A stretch of 64,000 bases of DNA, taken from the NCBI GenBank assembly GCA_026710875.1, contig JAPOQE010000107.1, forward strand, positions 6,208-70,207. The letters run 5' to 3'. The position numbers were made by a program, and so were the translations under genes. Below are positions 1 to 10,576 of the stretch, piece by piece. The notes under the pieces were generated by a model. The model was not told where the DNA came from. It saw only the letters and a list, made by a program, of their open reading frames with translations, and made no database searches. Source of the stretch: Gammaproteobacteria bacterium. Its GTDB lineage: Bacteria > Pseudomonadota > Gammaproteobacteria > UBA4575. How positions within the stretch are numbered: the stretch's first letter is position 1; each line of letters starts with the position of its first letter.

Positions 1-57
1 GCCCAGGCCTGTACGTCATGCGATGCAGGCCATATCCAAAATTATGACTAAAACTGC

Positions 58-891
58 CTACTGGGCCTGATCAATAGGGCAGCTTGTTCCGCAGTATATT
101 TCATCTATCTCTTTTTTCAGCCGCTGCTCTATGGTATTCAGTTCACCCTCCTGAAACCGGTGTGTTCCCCACCCAAACAAATAATCACCCAGCCTGAAAT
201 CAAGCCGCTTCATCCTGGTATGGAATGTGTTTGTCTGCCTTACATTCATATCAGCGATTTGATACTGACGCCTTATCTTCTTGGATAAAAACTCTTGTAT
301 CGATGTAATTTCATGGTCCAGATAATGTTTCTGCCCAAGGATATCCCGAGTAAATCCGCGAACTCGATAATCTAGAACAATGATATCTTCGTCAAAAGCA
401 TCAATAAGATAATTCAGTGCCTTGAGTGGAGATACCTGGCCACAGGTGGAAATATCCATGTCAACACGAATCGTATTGATACCTTCATCTGGATGGCTCT
501 CAGGATACGTGTGTGCTGTCACATGGCTCTTGTCCAGGTGTACAACAGTAGACTGCTTCATAGCCATTACCTGATCATCCAAATGCAAATCAGTAACATC
601 TGCACTAGGTAATATAGGTTCTTCTGCAATCAAACAGGTAACACTCGAGCCACGAGGCACATAGTCATAAGCAGACATTTTTAAAATATTGGCACCGATG
701 ATATCCACAACCTCACAAAGTACCCGCTGGAGATTTTTTGCGCTGTAAGCCTCATCGATATGGCGTAGATAGTCGTGCAGGTGCGCTGGTGTATGTGTGT
801 AACAAATTTTGAAAAAGTTAAAGCTCAGGGTCTTAGTAAGGTTATTAAACCCATGGAGTTTGACTTTTGAACAATCGGCGCTCATATACAT
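58..891 (-). CDS. speD: S-adenosylmethionine decarboxylase proenzyme (E. coli SpeD type)
   Basis: 277 aa; KLHGFNNLTK, HLDKSH..HTYPESHP, STCG..SPLKALNYL and IDYRVRGFTRD blocks align with E. coli SpeD. Confidence 0.85.
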   Translation of the reverse strand: MYMSADCSKVKLHGFNNLTKTLSFNFFKICYTHTPAHLHDYLRHIDEAYSAKNLQRVLCEVVDIIGANILKMSAYDYVPRGSSVTCLIAEEPILPSADVTDLHLDDQVMAMKQSTVVHLDKSHVTAHTYPESHPDEGINTIRVDMDISTCGQVSPLKALNYLIDAFDEDIIVLDYRVRGFTRDILGQKHYLDHEITSIQEFLSKKIRRQYQIADMNVRQTNTFHTRMKRLDFRLGDYLFGWGTHRFQEGELNTIEQRLKKEIDEIYCGTSCPIDQAQ

Positions 892-924
892 TATTCATAA
901 TTAAATGAATTGGAATCCAAACCA

Positions 925-1353
925 CTATCCATCGGTGGTCTCTGTCAGCACGTCATAGTCATACGTAATTTCTACGCTGTCGCGCAACATCATGATTACT
1001 GAACAGTACTTTTCAACAGACAATTCGATGGCACGTTTGACCCGACGATGGTCTAGATTTAAACCTGTAATATCAAAGTGCAGGTGTATATTGGTAAAGA
1101 CAGCTGGTACGGTATCTGCACGCTTCGCGCGCAACTCAACTTCACAGTGCTCTATGGGCTGTCTTGATTTCTTGAGGGTATGCACTACATCAAAAGCACT
1201 GCACCCACCCATACCCACCAGTATCATCTCCATGGGCCGCGCTGCGAGATTTTGGCCGCCATGATCAGGGGGGCCGTCCATGGCAATAGAATGCCCACTG
1301 CCCGTACTGGCTACAAATCTCATATGGTCAGTCCACTTTACACGTACCTTCAT
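925..1353 (-). CDS. OsmC/Ohr family peroxiredoxin-like protein
   Basis: 142 aa; OsmC-like fold signature with GMGGCSAFDV and paired Cys; size typical of the family. Confidence 0.65.
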   Translation of the reverse strand: MKVRVKWTDHMRFVASTGSGHSIAMDGPPDHGGQNLAARPMEMILVGMGGCSAFDVVHTLKKSRQPIEHCEVELRAKRADTVPAVFTNIHLHFDITGLNLDHRRVKRAIELSVEKYCSVIMMLRDSVEITYDYDVLTETTDG

Positions 1354-1468
1354 TACTCATACCTGACTGTCAATTTACTGCTCGTTAAAATTACTTGCAT
1401 GGCAACGCCATGACCGTTTCTGCTTGACCTCGCGGCAAAAATTTACCGCTGCCAAATCAGATAGGCCG

Positions 1469-2011
1469 CTACTGGCTGATAATTTGCTGAAATAATCTTT
1501 GATAGGATTTATGTACTTTTTTCCCAAACAAAGGATCTTCTAATCTGGAAGTCATTGCGCCAATTTGCTGCCAGTCCTTCTCATTGAGCTTGGCATTAAT
1601 TACGGGATATACATGTGCCTCTTCATGGTCAATATGCTGTCTTTGTTTGGAAATGTATTCTCCCAACATAGTGCAAAGTTCTTCTCTTCTCTGGGGCACC
1701 CCCGTCAAAGCATTTTGTAAAGCTTCAAAAAGCCTGTCGGTAAGAACAGGCAAATGATCATGCTCACGGAGAAGATCATGTATTTGTTCGTACTCCGGCT
1801 CATAATGCTCCAGAAAATATTTGAAGATAGTGTCCTCTAGCGGGTGATGCACATAATCAGGATATTCCTTCATGTATCTCACAGCATCCAAAGTTGTACT
1901 GAGATCGGATACCTCGCAGTCTTCCAGCAGATGAAGCTGCCCTTCCAAAAAGTTCAGAAGCTTGTCAAAACTGATGTGGTCGTTATGCAGTTTTTCAAGT
2001 ATGGCTTCCAT
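1469..2011 (-). CDS. hemerythrin-like (HHE cation-binding) domain protein
   Basis: 180 aa, acidic and helical, with repeated H/D/E metal-ligand spacing (HNDH, HHPLED, HDH, DHEEAH). Confidence 0.55.
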   Translation of the reverse strand: MEAILEKLHNDHISFDKLLNFLEGQLHLLEDCEVSDLSTTLDAVRYMKEYPDYVHHPLEDTIFKYFLEHYEPEYEQIHDLLREHDHLPVLTDRLFEALQNALTGVPQRREELCTMLGEYISKQRQHIDHEEAHVYPVINAKLNEKDWQQIGAMTSRLEDPLFGKKVHKSYQRLFQQIISQ

Positions 2012-2224
2012 GGTAGATACGTGTCATCAGTACGATTGTATACATTCCACGAGCTTAACCCGGGTTCCTGAACAAAAAAAGCAAGGCATCGCCATTCCTT
2101 CCTCCAGCACTTCCAGCTGTCAGCCGATCAAGCCCTTCTCATGGGTATCAACACCCTATTTCCAAAAGTATGTCTGACATTATCAAAGTCTGCGTGTCAA
2201 CCTACAAGGCGATACATGATTTTC

Positions 2225-3217
2225 TTAAACAATCAGCACGGCCGCACCATTAAGTTTTCCACAACGTAAATCTTCAAGTGCCTGGTTGGCTTCTGTCAGA
2301 GGGTATGGGTGAATGTGCGTGTGAACAGGCATCTGATTGACGGTCTCGAAAAATTCTATCCCATCCTGTCGAGTCAGGTTTGCGACCGAGCTGATTTGCC
2401 GCTCGCCCCAAAGAATCGCATATGGAAAGGTCGGGATATCACTCATGTGGATACCACCACATACGACTGCCCCTCCTTTGCGCACACTGCGCAATGCCTG
2501 AGGAATCAAATCTCCTGCAGGTGCAAAAATGATGGCGCTATCCAGTAAATCTGGTGGCGACTGATTTGAACCCCCTGCCCAAGCAGCACCTAATCGATTG
2601 GCAAATCGCTGTGCATCCATGTCATCAGGTCGCGTGAATGCAAAAAAATTCCTGCCATGCTTAACAATGACTTGCGCAAGAATGTGTGCCGCCGCACCAA
2701 AACCAAATAGGCCAATCTTCTCGTTATGCCGGCACAATGTGTCTGCAATTTTTAGACATCGATATCCAATCAGTCCTGCACACAATAAAGGTGCGATCTC
2801 AGCAACATTGGCTCCGTGGTCTATCGGGATACAGTATCGGTGATCTGCAACCGTGTAGTCACAATAACCTCCATCAAGGTGATATCCAGTGAATCGGGCT
2901 TTATCACATAAATTTTCCCGATCAATTTGACAGAATTTGCAGTCTCCACATGTCCAGCCTAGCCATGGAATTCCCACTAGATTGCCCGACTCCAACGGCA
3001 CATCGGCACCTGTGCTGACAACTTTTCCAACAATTTCATGCCCTGGAATAATCGGTGTACGGACGTCAGGTAATTCACCACTAACCAGATGTAAATCTGT
3101 TCTGCAAACACCGCATGCCAGCACTTTTATCAGCACCTCATTCGCACCCGGCTGAGGCATCGGCAGCTCAGCCTGCTCAAGAGGCTCCCCAACGGCATTC
3201 AACACCATGGCTCGCAT
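2225..3217 (-). CDS. zinc-dependent alcohol dehydrogenase (MDR family)
   Basis: 330 aa; CGVCRTDLH and GHE motifs for catalytic/structural Zn, and a GxGxxG Rossmann motif. Confidence 0.85.
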   Translation of the reverse strand: MRAMVLNAVGEPLEQAELPMPQPGANEVLIKVLACGVCRTDLHLVSGELPDVRTPIIPGHEIVGKVVSTGADVPLESGNLVGIPWLGWTCGDCKFCQIDRENLCDKARFTGYHLDGGYCDYTVADHRYCIPIDHGANVAEIAPLLCAGLIGYRCLKIADTLCRHNEKIGLFGFGAAAHILAQVIVKHGRNFFAFTRPDDMDAQRFANRLGAAWAGGSNQSPPDLLDSAIIFAPAGDLIPQALRSVRKGGAVVCGGIHMSDIPTFPYAILWGERQISSVANLTRQDGIEFFETVNQMPVHTHIHPYPLTEANQALEDLRCGKLNGAAVLIV

Positions 3218-3469
3218 ATTTTTCCAGTGCCTAGAGATAAACCTGGAAACTATTGTACCGACTTATTGCAAGATATTGATCATCTGAGCTCCGTCCCCCT
3301 ATGAGAAAGGCAGGATCAGACAGGACAGTCTTGCCTCAAGATTAGCGAAATGAAAATTGCCAAATTAAAGCAGAGACACCATCAAGGTTAGGTCAGCCAC
3401 CTCTTGGGAGGTTACCGGCTGGATAATCGAACAATGGGATGTATTGCTGAATACTAAATTTTCCGCAAT

Positions 3470-4267
3470 TCAGAAAAAAAGCTCTTTCAGCCGAGCCCCC
3501 GGGTCTTCAGCAGTCATCAATGCCTCACCCACAAGAAAGGAGTTGACGCCATTTTCCATCATGGTTGCAATATCTTCTCTTGTATGAATGCCACTTTCAG
3601 TTACTACATGACAGAAATCCGGGATATCAGGAAGCAACTCCAGGGTAGTGTTCAGGGTTGTCTCAAAACTATGCAAGTTACGATTGTTTATTCCCAGCAA
3701 AGTGGGTTGTATCGCAAGTACCTGCTCAAGTTCTTCGCCACTATGCACTTCGATGAGCACATCCAGACAGAGTTCCTTGGCCAGAGCATTGAGTTCTGAT
3801 AGCTGTTCAAATTCCAATGCTGCTGCAATTAGTAGCAAACAGTCGGCATCCACTGCACGCGTTTCATATACCTGATAACTATCTATGATGAAGTCCTTGC
3901 GCAGGATTGGCAAAAAGCAGGCCTTGCGGGACAACTCCAGAATTGCACATGAACCTTTGAAGAAGTGGCTGTCTGTTAAAACAGAAATGCAAGCTGCTCC
4001 ATTCATTTGATAGCCTGCTGCGATCTGCAGGGGGTTGAAATCCTCTCTCAGAATGCCACTGCTAGGCGATGCCCGCTTGATCTCTGCAATTACACCCGGT
4101 CGATTTGCTTGCTGAGCACGTCGCAAAGCGGACTCAAATCCTCTTGAAGCAGGAGCTTCGCGGGCCCATTCCTGCATATTTTGCTGAGATACACGCCGTT
4201 TGCGTTCAACCAGTTCACTTTTCTTGTGCTCAATGATTTTTGCAAGAATTTCAGGCTGCTTGGACAT
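3470..4267 (-). CDS. trpC: indole-3-glycerol phosphate synthase
   Basis: 265 aa; VIAEIKRASPSSG, SVLTD and LLIAAAL blocks typical of TrpC; sits downstream of trpD. Confidence 0.9.
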   Translation of the reverse strand: MSKQPEILAKIIEHKKSELVERKRRVSQQNMQEWAREAPASRGFESALRRAQQANRPGVIAEIKRASPSSGILREDFNPLQIAAGYQMNGAACISVLTDSHFFKGSCAILELSRKACFLPILRKDFIIDSYQVYETRAVDADCLLLIAAALEFEQLSELNALAKELCLDVLIEVHSGEELEQVLAIQPTLLGINNRNLHSFETTLNTTLELLPDIPDFCHVVTESGIHTREDIATMMENGVNSFLVGEALMTAEDPGARLKELFF

Positions 4268-4269
4268 TC

Positions 4270-5301
4270 TCAGAAATCGTTCGTATATTCTACATACTGC
4301 TTGAATTTCTTCTTGGCTTCTCCACTAGATAAAACCGAGGCCGCCAATTCCACCCCTTCTGCTAAGGTTGGAGTTTTATTGCACGCGTACAGTGCCGCAC
4401 CTGCATTGAACTTTACAATTTCAGAAGCTGCATTTTCCTTACCGCCAAGTGCGGCATTTACCATCAACAGGCTTTGCTGTGTATTGTTCACCAAAATTTC
4501 ATCCATGCCGTATTGCCTGATGCCGTATTGTTGAGGAGTAATCTCATAACAGGTGACTTCTCCATCCTTCAGTTCGGCAACGCTTGTGCTGCCACCAATA
4601 CTGATTTCATCCAGTCCGTCCTCAGCATGCACGACCAGCACATGCCTGCTTCCCAGTCTTCGCAGCACTTGTGCAAGTGGCTCGACCCACTGACTCCCGA
4701 ACACCCCAAGCACCTGATTAGGCGCACCTGCAGGATTCGTTAATGGGCCTAACAGGTTAAACATTGTTCTCACCCCCAGGTCCCTGCGCACGCCCGCCGC
4801 ATGCTTCATAGCGCTGTGGTGCATTGGTGCAAACAAGAAACCTATACCAAGATTCTCTATGCACTGCGCCACCTGTTCAGGCGTCAAGTTCAAATTGACT
4901 CCTGCAGCTTCCAGCACATCTGCACTGCCACTTTGACTGGATACTGAGCGGTTGCCGTGTTTGGCCACAGTCCCTCCTGCTGCAGCCACTACAAATGCTG
5001 CTGCGGTAGATATGTTGAAGGTTCCTTTGGCATCGCCGCCAGTACCACAGGTATCCACCAGGAAATCTGCATACACGTTTACTTTAGTAGAATACTCACG
5101 CATCACAGATGCAGCGGCTGCAAGTTCCGTTACAGTCTCTCCTTTCATGCGCAACGCTACCAGCAGAGCGGCAATCTGTGCCGGGCTTGCGTTACCAGAC
5201 ATGACCTCGCTCATCGATGCAGTCATTCTTTCTTCAGAGAGGTTCTGACCTTCAAGGACGGTCGGCAGTACTTGCTGAATATTAAAGGCTGGTTCGCTCA
5301 T
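4270..5301 (-). CDS. trpD: anthranilate phosphoribosyltransferase
   Basis: 343 aa; [29 protein letters not shown] motif; 20-nt overlap with trpG. Confidence 0.9.
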   Translation of the reverse strand: MSEPAFNIQQVLPTVLEGQNLSEERMTASMSEVMSGNASPAQIAALLVALRMKGETVTELAAAASVMREYSTKVNVYADFLVDTCGTGGDAKGTFNISTAAAFVVAAAGGTVAKHGNRSVSSQSGSADVLEAAGVNLNLTPEQVAQCIENLGIGFLFAPMHHSAMKHAAGVRRDLGVRTMFNLLGPLTNPAGAPNQVLGVFGSQWVEPLAQVLRRLGSRHVLVVHAEDGLDEISIGGSTSVAELKDGEVTCYEITPQQYGIRQYGMDEILVNNTQQSLLMVNAALGGKENAASEIVKFNAGAALYACNKTPTLAEGVELAASVLSSGEAKKKFKQYVEYTNDF

Positions 5302-5887
5302 GTTTTCTGTTCTGGTGAATGAAATTTTTTAATAGAAGGTGTCCAAAGTCGGTCAGTATCGATTCCGGGTGAAACTGCACCCCTTCCACGTCAAATTTTT
5401 TATGACGGACCCCCATGATCTCATCGACTTCGCCTGAGTCGGTCTGCGTCCAAGCGGTGATCTCCAAACAATCGGGTACGCTTGTCTTATCGATTATCAG
5501 AGAATGATACCGGGTTGCAGTAAAGGGATTGCTGCACTGTTTGAAAATATGCTTGTTGTTATGGTGTATTTTGGATGTTTTGCCATGCATCACATTTTGC
5601 GCCCTGACTACACTCCCCCCATAGGCTTGTCCAATACTTTGATGCCCAAGACAGACACCTAAGATCGGGACTTCCGTACCCAGCGCAGAAATTGTATCTA
5701 GCGAAATTCCAGCTTCATTGGGAGTGCATGGGCCAGGAGAAATAACGATGTGGTCTGGGCGCATCGTCTTGATTTCATCAACATCAATTTGGTCATTGCG
5801 CACAACCTTGACATCCTCACCAATTTCACCCAGATACTGTACTAGGTTGTAGGTAAAAGAATCATAATTATCAATCATTAATATCAT
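5282..5887 (-). CDS. trpG: anthranilate synthase component II (glutamine amidotransferase)
   Basis: 201 aa; [15 protein letters not shown] start, GVCLGHQ catalytic Cys motif. Confidence 0.9.
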   Translation of the reverse strand: MILMIDNYDSFTYNLVQYLGEIGEDVKVVRNDQIDVDEIKTMRPDHIVISPGPCTPNEAGISLDTISALGTEVPILGVCLGHQSIGQAYGGSVVRAQNVMHGKTSKIHHNNKHIFKQCSNPFTATRYHSLIIDKTSVPDCLEITAWTQTDSGEVDEIMGVRHKKFDVEGVQFHPESILTDFGHLLLKNFIHQNRKHERTSL

Positions 5888-5918
5888 GGCAACTCTGGAT
5901 TATAAGCGATAGCGATGC

Positions 5919-7385
5919 TCAAACTATCGACTTTGCAATTTGTGCAGCTCTCATTAAGGCACCTGCCTTACTGTTTGTTTCATCCCATTCATTGTCCGGG
6001 ACTGAATCATGCACTATTCCAGCTCCCGCCTGAATATAGAGCGTATGTTCTTTGATAACTGCAGTACGAATCGCGATAGCCGTATCCATGTTCCCATCCC
6101 ATGAAATATAACCAACAGCTCCTGAGTAGATACCCCTTTTCACAGGTTCAAACTCATTGACAATCTCCATGGCGCGGATTTTAGGTGCACCACTCACCGT
6201 GCCTGCAGGAAATACAGCCCTGATGACATCAATTGCATCGAACGGCTCTTTCAGCTTTCCGGTAACATTTGAAACGATGTGCATCACATGTGAATAACGT
6301 TCAATGATCATTTTGTCTGTAAGGGTTACTGACCCAGTATCAGCTACCTTGCCAACGTCATTGCGACCGAGGTCGATCAACATCAGATGCTCGGCCAACT
6401 CCTTGGGGTCCTGCAACAACTCACGTTCTATGATCCTGTCATGAATATGATCCTTTCCTCGTGGGCGCGTGCCGGCAATAGGGCGTACCGTGATCTCTCG
6501 GTCCTCAAGGCGTACTAGGACTTCAGGAGAGGAACCTACAATTTGAAAGTCACCCATATCCAGATAGTACATATAGGGAGAGGGGTTTAAACTTCGCAAC
6601 CCGCGGTACAAGTTGATTGGCGGGTCTTCGAACACTGCACTTTGTCGTTGTGACAATACAACCTGCATCACGTCCCCTGCACGAATGTACTCGCGCGTCC
6701 TCTCAACTGCCTGCTTGAAAGCACTTTCTGAAAACTCTGAAGTAAAATCCACTGACGTCTTCTGGGTACAGGTTCCAACTGGAACAGGTACGGGCTTGTG
6801 CAAATCCCGTATAAGGTTATCCAGACGTTGTTGTCCTTTTTGGTAGGCCTTTTCATCATCCGGACTGACATGAACAATGAAAAACACCTTCCCACTCAAG
6901 TTATCAAAGACGACCAACTCCCTGGAGACCATCAGAAAAATGTCTGGCGTATTCAGAGTGTCAGGCTTGATACTATCTGCAAGCTTTGGCTCAATGTACT
7001 TCACAGTGTCATAACCGAAGTACCCTACAAGACCTCCAGTAAAACGGGGCAACTCAGGGATATCAGGCACACGAAACTGCTGCTTGAATTCTCGAATCCA
7101 GGCCAGGGGATCCTTGGTTTGTTCCGATTTCGAGCGCAAGGTATCCCGCTCATGTACGATCATTTCACCAAATATCTTGATGCGCTCTTCGCAAGCTAGG
7201 CCGATAACAGAATAGCGACCCCAGTTTTCACCACCCTGAACGGATTCAAAAAGATAGGTAAAAGGCCGATTGGCAAGCTTCAGATATGTGCCTAAAGGTG
7301 TATGGAGATCTGCAAGGACTTCCCGCAGCAGCGGAATATGGGTAAACCCCTGCTTCTTTAGCGCCTCAAACTCGGTGAGTTGCAC
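5919..7385 (-). CDS. trpE: anthranilate synthase component I
   Basis: 488 aa; chorismate-binding family C-terminal blocks (GAVGYISWDGNMDTAIAIRT, AGAGIV). Confidence 0.9.
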   Translation of the reverse strand: MQLTEFEALKKQGFTHIPLLREVLADLHTPLGTYLKLANRPFTYLFESVQGGENWGRYSVIGLACEERIKIFGEMIVHERDTLRSKSEQTKDPLAWIREFKQQFRVPDIPELPRFTGGLVGYFGYDTVKYIEPKLADSIKPDTLNTPDIFLMVSRELVVFDNLSGKVFFIVHVSPDDEKAYQKGQQRLDNLIRDLHKPVPVPVGTCTQKTSVDFTSEFSESAFKQAVERTREYIRAGDVMQVVLSQRQSAVFEDPPINLYRGLRSLNPSPYMYYLDMGDFQIVGSSPEVLVRLEDREITVRPIAGTRPRGKDHIHDRIIERELLQDPKELAEHLMLIDLGRNDVGKVADTGSVTLTDKMIIERYSHVMHIVSNVTGKLKEPFDAIDVIRAVFPAGTVSGAPKIRAMEIVNEFEPVKRGIYSGAVGYISWDGNMDTAIAIRTAVIKEHTLYIQAGAGIVHDSVPDNEWDETNSKAGALMRAAQIAKSIV

Positions 7386-7430
7386 GTCAGCTCCATGTGT
7401 TTGTTGAGAGTTTTAAGAAGTGAGGCAGAT

Positions 7431-8102
7431 TTACTTCACGCTATCCAGTTGTTTGCGCATTTCAGAAATCGTAGACGCATAATCGTGTGCTCCAAATATG
7501 GCGGAACCTGCAACAAAGGTGTCCGCTCCTGCAGACTTAATTTCTGCGATGTTGTCTACTTTCACTCCTCCATCCACTTCCAGACGTATCGACTGACCAG
7601 AACGGTCAAGCAACTTCCTGGCTGCCCTGATTTTTTCTATAACCGATGGAATGAACTTCTGCCCCCCAAAACCTGGATTGACTGACATCAGCAATACCAT
7701 ATCGATTTTCTCCATCACATACTCCAACGCATCCAGAGGGGTGGCCGGATTAAATACCAGACCAGCTTTGCATCCCAGGTCGTTGATCAATTGCAGACTG
7801 CGGTCAACATGTTCCGATGCTTCCGGATGAAACGTAATATAGCTTGCTCCGGCAGCAGCAAAACTCGTAATCATCTGGTCTACAGGCTTCACCATGAGAT
7901 GCACATCAATAGGTGCCTGAATACCGTAGCTGCGCAGTGCTTCACACACTACGGGTCCAAACGTAAGATTCGGCACATAGTGATTATCCATCACATCAAA
8001 ATGTATGATGTCTGCACCAGCATCGATTACTGCTGCGACGTCCTCGCCAAGACGTGCAAAATCAGCCGATAATATCGAGGGTGCAATCCAGTCAGTTCGC
8101 AT
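7431..8102 (-). CDS. rpe: ribulose-phosphate 3-epimerase
   Basis: Start trimmed to internal Met ([21 protein letters not shown]), which matches Rpe N-termini; [12 protein letters not shown] motif. Confidence 0.85.
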   Translation of the reverse strand: MRTDWIAPSILSADFARLGEDVAAVIDAGADIIHFDVMDNHYVPNLTFGPVVCEALRSYGIQAPIDVHLMVKPVDQMITSFAAAGASYITFHPEASEHVDRSLQLINDLGCKAGLVFNPATPLDALEYVMEKIDMVLLMSVNPGFGGQKFIPSVIEKIRAARKLLDRSGQSIRLEVDGGVKVDNIAEIKSAGADTFVAGSAIFGAHDYASTISEMRKQLDSVK

Positions 8103-8307
8103 AGCTCTAAACACTTGTTTCGGGGTACAGCACTTTAGCTTATAACCATGTAATTTGCAGCCCAGTTCCAGTAAACTCTGGTTGTTCCGGCGCCTGCTGC
8201 TCTCTGCGCAGGTCATCACTAGCCAAGAGAACGCTAAAATGGATTTGCCAGCCTACCATCGACCTGCTGCATGCTTGATGAAGCAGAACCCAGTCTAGGC
8301 TTTAGTC

Positions 8308-9537
8308 GTGCTTAACCTTATCTGGCTTGGATTTTTTATTGCTGGATTCCTCAGCTGCATCTATCAAGCCCTTGTACGGGACAACAGCGCAATATTTGCG
8401 CATGTCATTCAGGCGACCTTTGATATGGCCGCATTAAGCGTCGAAATTGCGCTGGGGCTAATCGGTGTTCTTTGTCTCTGGTTAGGGTTTTTCACTATCG
8501 CAGAACGTGCTGGTTTTGTGGATCTGCTGGCAAAGATCTTTCGGCCTTTGTTCAGGCACCTAATGCCCGAAGTGCCGAGTAACCATCCTGCCATAGGCTC
8601 CATCACCATGAACATGGCAGCAAACATGCTGGGCCTCGATAATGCTGCGACCCCGTTAGGGCTGAAAGCCATGCAGGATTTGCAGGAACTGAATCCACAA
8701 AAAACCATCGCTAGCAACGCACAGATTCTTTTTCTTGTACTCAACACTTCCTCTGTAACCCTGCTTCCAGTGACAATATTTTTATTTCGTGCGCAGCAAG
8801 GTTCCGTGGACCCTGCTGCCGTTTTCATTCCTATCCTGCTCGCAACTTCAGCATCTACGCTGGCCGGTCTGCTGATGGTTGCTTACATCCAGGGTTTGAG
8901 TCTGGCCAACAAGACCGTACTGATATACCTCACCGGATTTGGGTTCTTGATCTTGCTGTTGTTGGGATTCCTGCTGAATGGCGCTCCTGACGGGCTGACC
9001 GCACGTTCAAGCTTGCTGGGCAACCTCCTGCTATTACTTATTATCATTTCATTTCTGGTGTTGGGCTATGTGCGCAAGATAAATGTGTACGATGCCTTCA
9101 TTGACGGGGCCAAACAGGGCTTTGACGTTGCAATAAAAATAATTCCCTACCTTGTGGCCATGCTCGTTGCGATCGGCGTTTTACGCGCCAGCCTGGTTCT
9201 GGACCACGTGCTGTCGATAATTGCGCAAGTGCTGACAGTGTTCGGAATAAATACAGACTTTGTGGCGGCCTTGCCTACCGCCCTGATGCGGCCTTTCTCG
9301 GGCAGTGGAGCCCGTGCAATGCTGTTGGAAACCATGAGCACCTACGGAGTTGACTCATTTGCAGCCAATCTCGCGGCAACAATCCAGGGCAGTACGGAAA
9401 CAACGTTTTACGTGCTGGCTGTCTATTTTGGCAGCGTGGGCATACAACGTGTACGACACGCCATCGGCTGTGGTCTGTTTGCAGACTTGGCTGGCATCAC
9501 TGCGGCGATCGCAATCGGTTATTGGTTCTTCGCCTAA
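8308..9537 (+). CDS. nucleoside-recognition (Gate) domain inner-membrane protein, SpmA/SpmB-like fusion
   Basis: 409 aa, polytopic and hydrophobic with two Gate-like halves; family call made by eye. Confidence 0.55.
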   Translation: MLNLIWLGFFIAGFLSCIYQALVRDNSAIFAHVIQATFDMAALSVEIALGLIGVLCLWLGFFTIAERAGFVDLLAKIFRPLFRHLMPEVPSNHPAIGSITMNMAANMLGLDNAATPLGLKAMQDLQELNPQKTIASNAQILFLVLNTSSVTLLPVTIFLFRAQQGSVDPAAVFIPILLATSASTLAGLLMVAYIQGLSLANKTVLIYLTGFGFLILLLLGFLLNGAPDGLTARSSLLGNLLLLLIIISFLVLGYVRKINVYDAFIDGAKQGFDVAIKIIPYLVAMLVAIGVLRASLVLDHVLSIIAQVLTVFGINTDFVAALPTALMRPFSGSGARAMLLETMSTYGVDSFAANLAATIQGSTETTFYVLAVYFGSVGIQRVRHAIGCGLFADLAGITAAIAIGYWFFA

Positions 9538-9579
9538 AAGTACGCGGGTGGATTCAACAACTGAGCTGGTCAATGTTTC

Positions 9580-10566
9580 CTACAATTTGACTAGGACACG
9601 CCCCCGGATTTCATTGTTCAGAAGCTTCTTGAATACACCTGGCAAGTCTTCCAGACGTGAGGTTTGCGTGTGAATTTTGGCAATATGGTCAGGGTAAAGA
9701 TCATTACCCAATCGCTGCCAGATTTTCTTTCTCAAATCCTGCGGACAACTGGAAGAACTCACTCCCAGCAAGTTCACGCCACGAATGATGAAAGGCATCG
9801 TCGACAATTGAAACTCGGCGCCACCCAAAATACCCACGCTCACAACATTGCCCCATGGCATGGTCCCACGCACGAGACTACTCAGTGTCTCCCCACCTAT
9901 ATTATCAATGGCACCAGCCCAGCTGGCCTTTCCCAGCATGCCGTCACCTAGCACTACCTGATTGTGAGGCACGACCTTGTCTGCCCCTAATTCATAGAGA
10001 TAATCGTACGCGCCTGGAGAGCCCGTGACAGCCATGACCTCGTAGCCAAGCTTATGCAAAAGAGTAATGGCAAAGCTTCCGACTCCCCCACTGGCTCCTG
10101 TAACAACAATGGGCCCATTTTCTCTATGCTGATCGTTTGACTGCAGCAGATGGATACACAGTGCAGAAGTAAAGCCTGCCGTTCCAATAACCATGGCCTG
10201 GTCGAGGCCCAATTCTGCTGGGAGTGGCACGGCCCAATCTGCAGGGACACGTGCAACTTGCGCATAGCCCCCGTCGTGAACCTCACTTAAGCCACATCCA
10301 TTCACAATGACAGGATCACCCGGCGAAAATGACGAGCTGGACGACTCGATCACTTTGCCTGCCAGATCAATTCCGCCCACAAGCGGTGATTTTCTGAGTA
10401 TTTTTGATTTACCAGTGGCTGCGAGCGCATCCTTATAGTTCACACTGGAGTACTGTACGCGAATAACGACATCCCCTTTGGACAACTGCGCTAGCCTGAG
10501 CTGTTCTACTCCTGCATGTGTCCCGTTTTCACCTGCGTGAATACGAAATGCAGAAAACGGTTCCAT
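9580..10566 (-). CDS. YhdH/AcuI-type NADPH-dependent acrylyl-CoA / quinone oxidoreductase (MDR family)
   Basis: Start trimmed to MEPFSAF; VNYKDALA, VTGASGGVGS, and a C-terminal GRVLVKL that mirrors E. coli YhdH GRTLVKV. Confidence 0.75.
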   Translation of the reverse strand: MEPFSAFRIHAGENGTHAGVEQLRLAQLSKGDVVIRVQYSSVNYKDALAATGKSKILRKSPLVGGIDLAGKVIESSSSSFSPGDPVIVNGCGLSEVHDGGYAQVARVPADWAVPLPAELGLDQAMVIGTAGFTSALCIHLLQSNDQHRENGPIVVTGASGGVGSFAITLLHKLGYEVMAVTGSPGAYDYLYELGADKVVPHNQVVLGDGMLGKASWAGAIDNIGGETLSSLVRGTMPWGNVVSVGILGGAEFQLSTMPFIIRGVNLLGVSSSSCPQDLRKKIWQRLGNDLYPDHIAKIHTQTSRLEDLPGVFKKLLNNEIRGRVLVKL

Positions 10567-10576
10567 AACGACAGGC

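Noticed and set aside
58-891. speD without an adjacent speE as an oddity
   Set aside because: The gene lies at the window edge and speE could be just outside. An OsmC-like gene occupies the upstream side, so no conclusion is possible.
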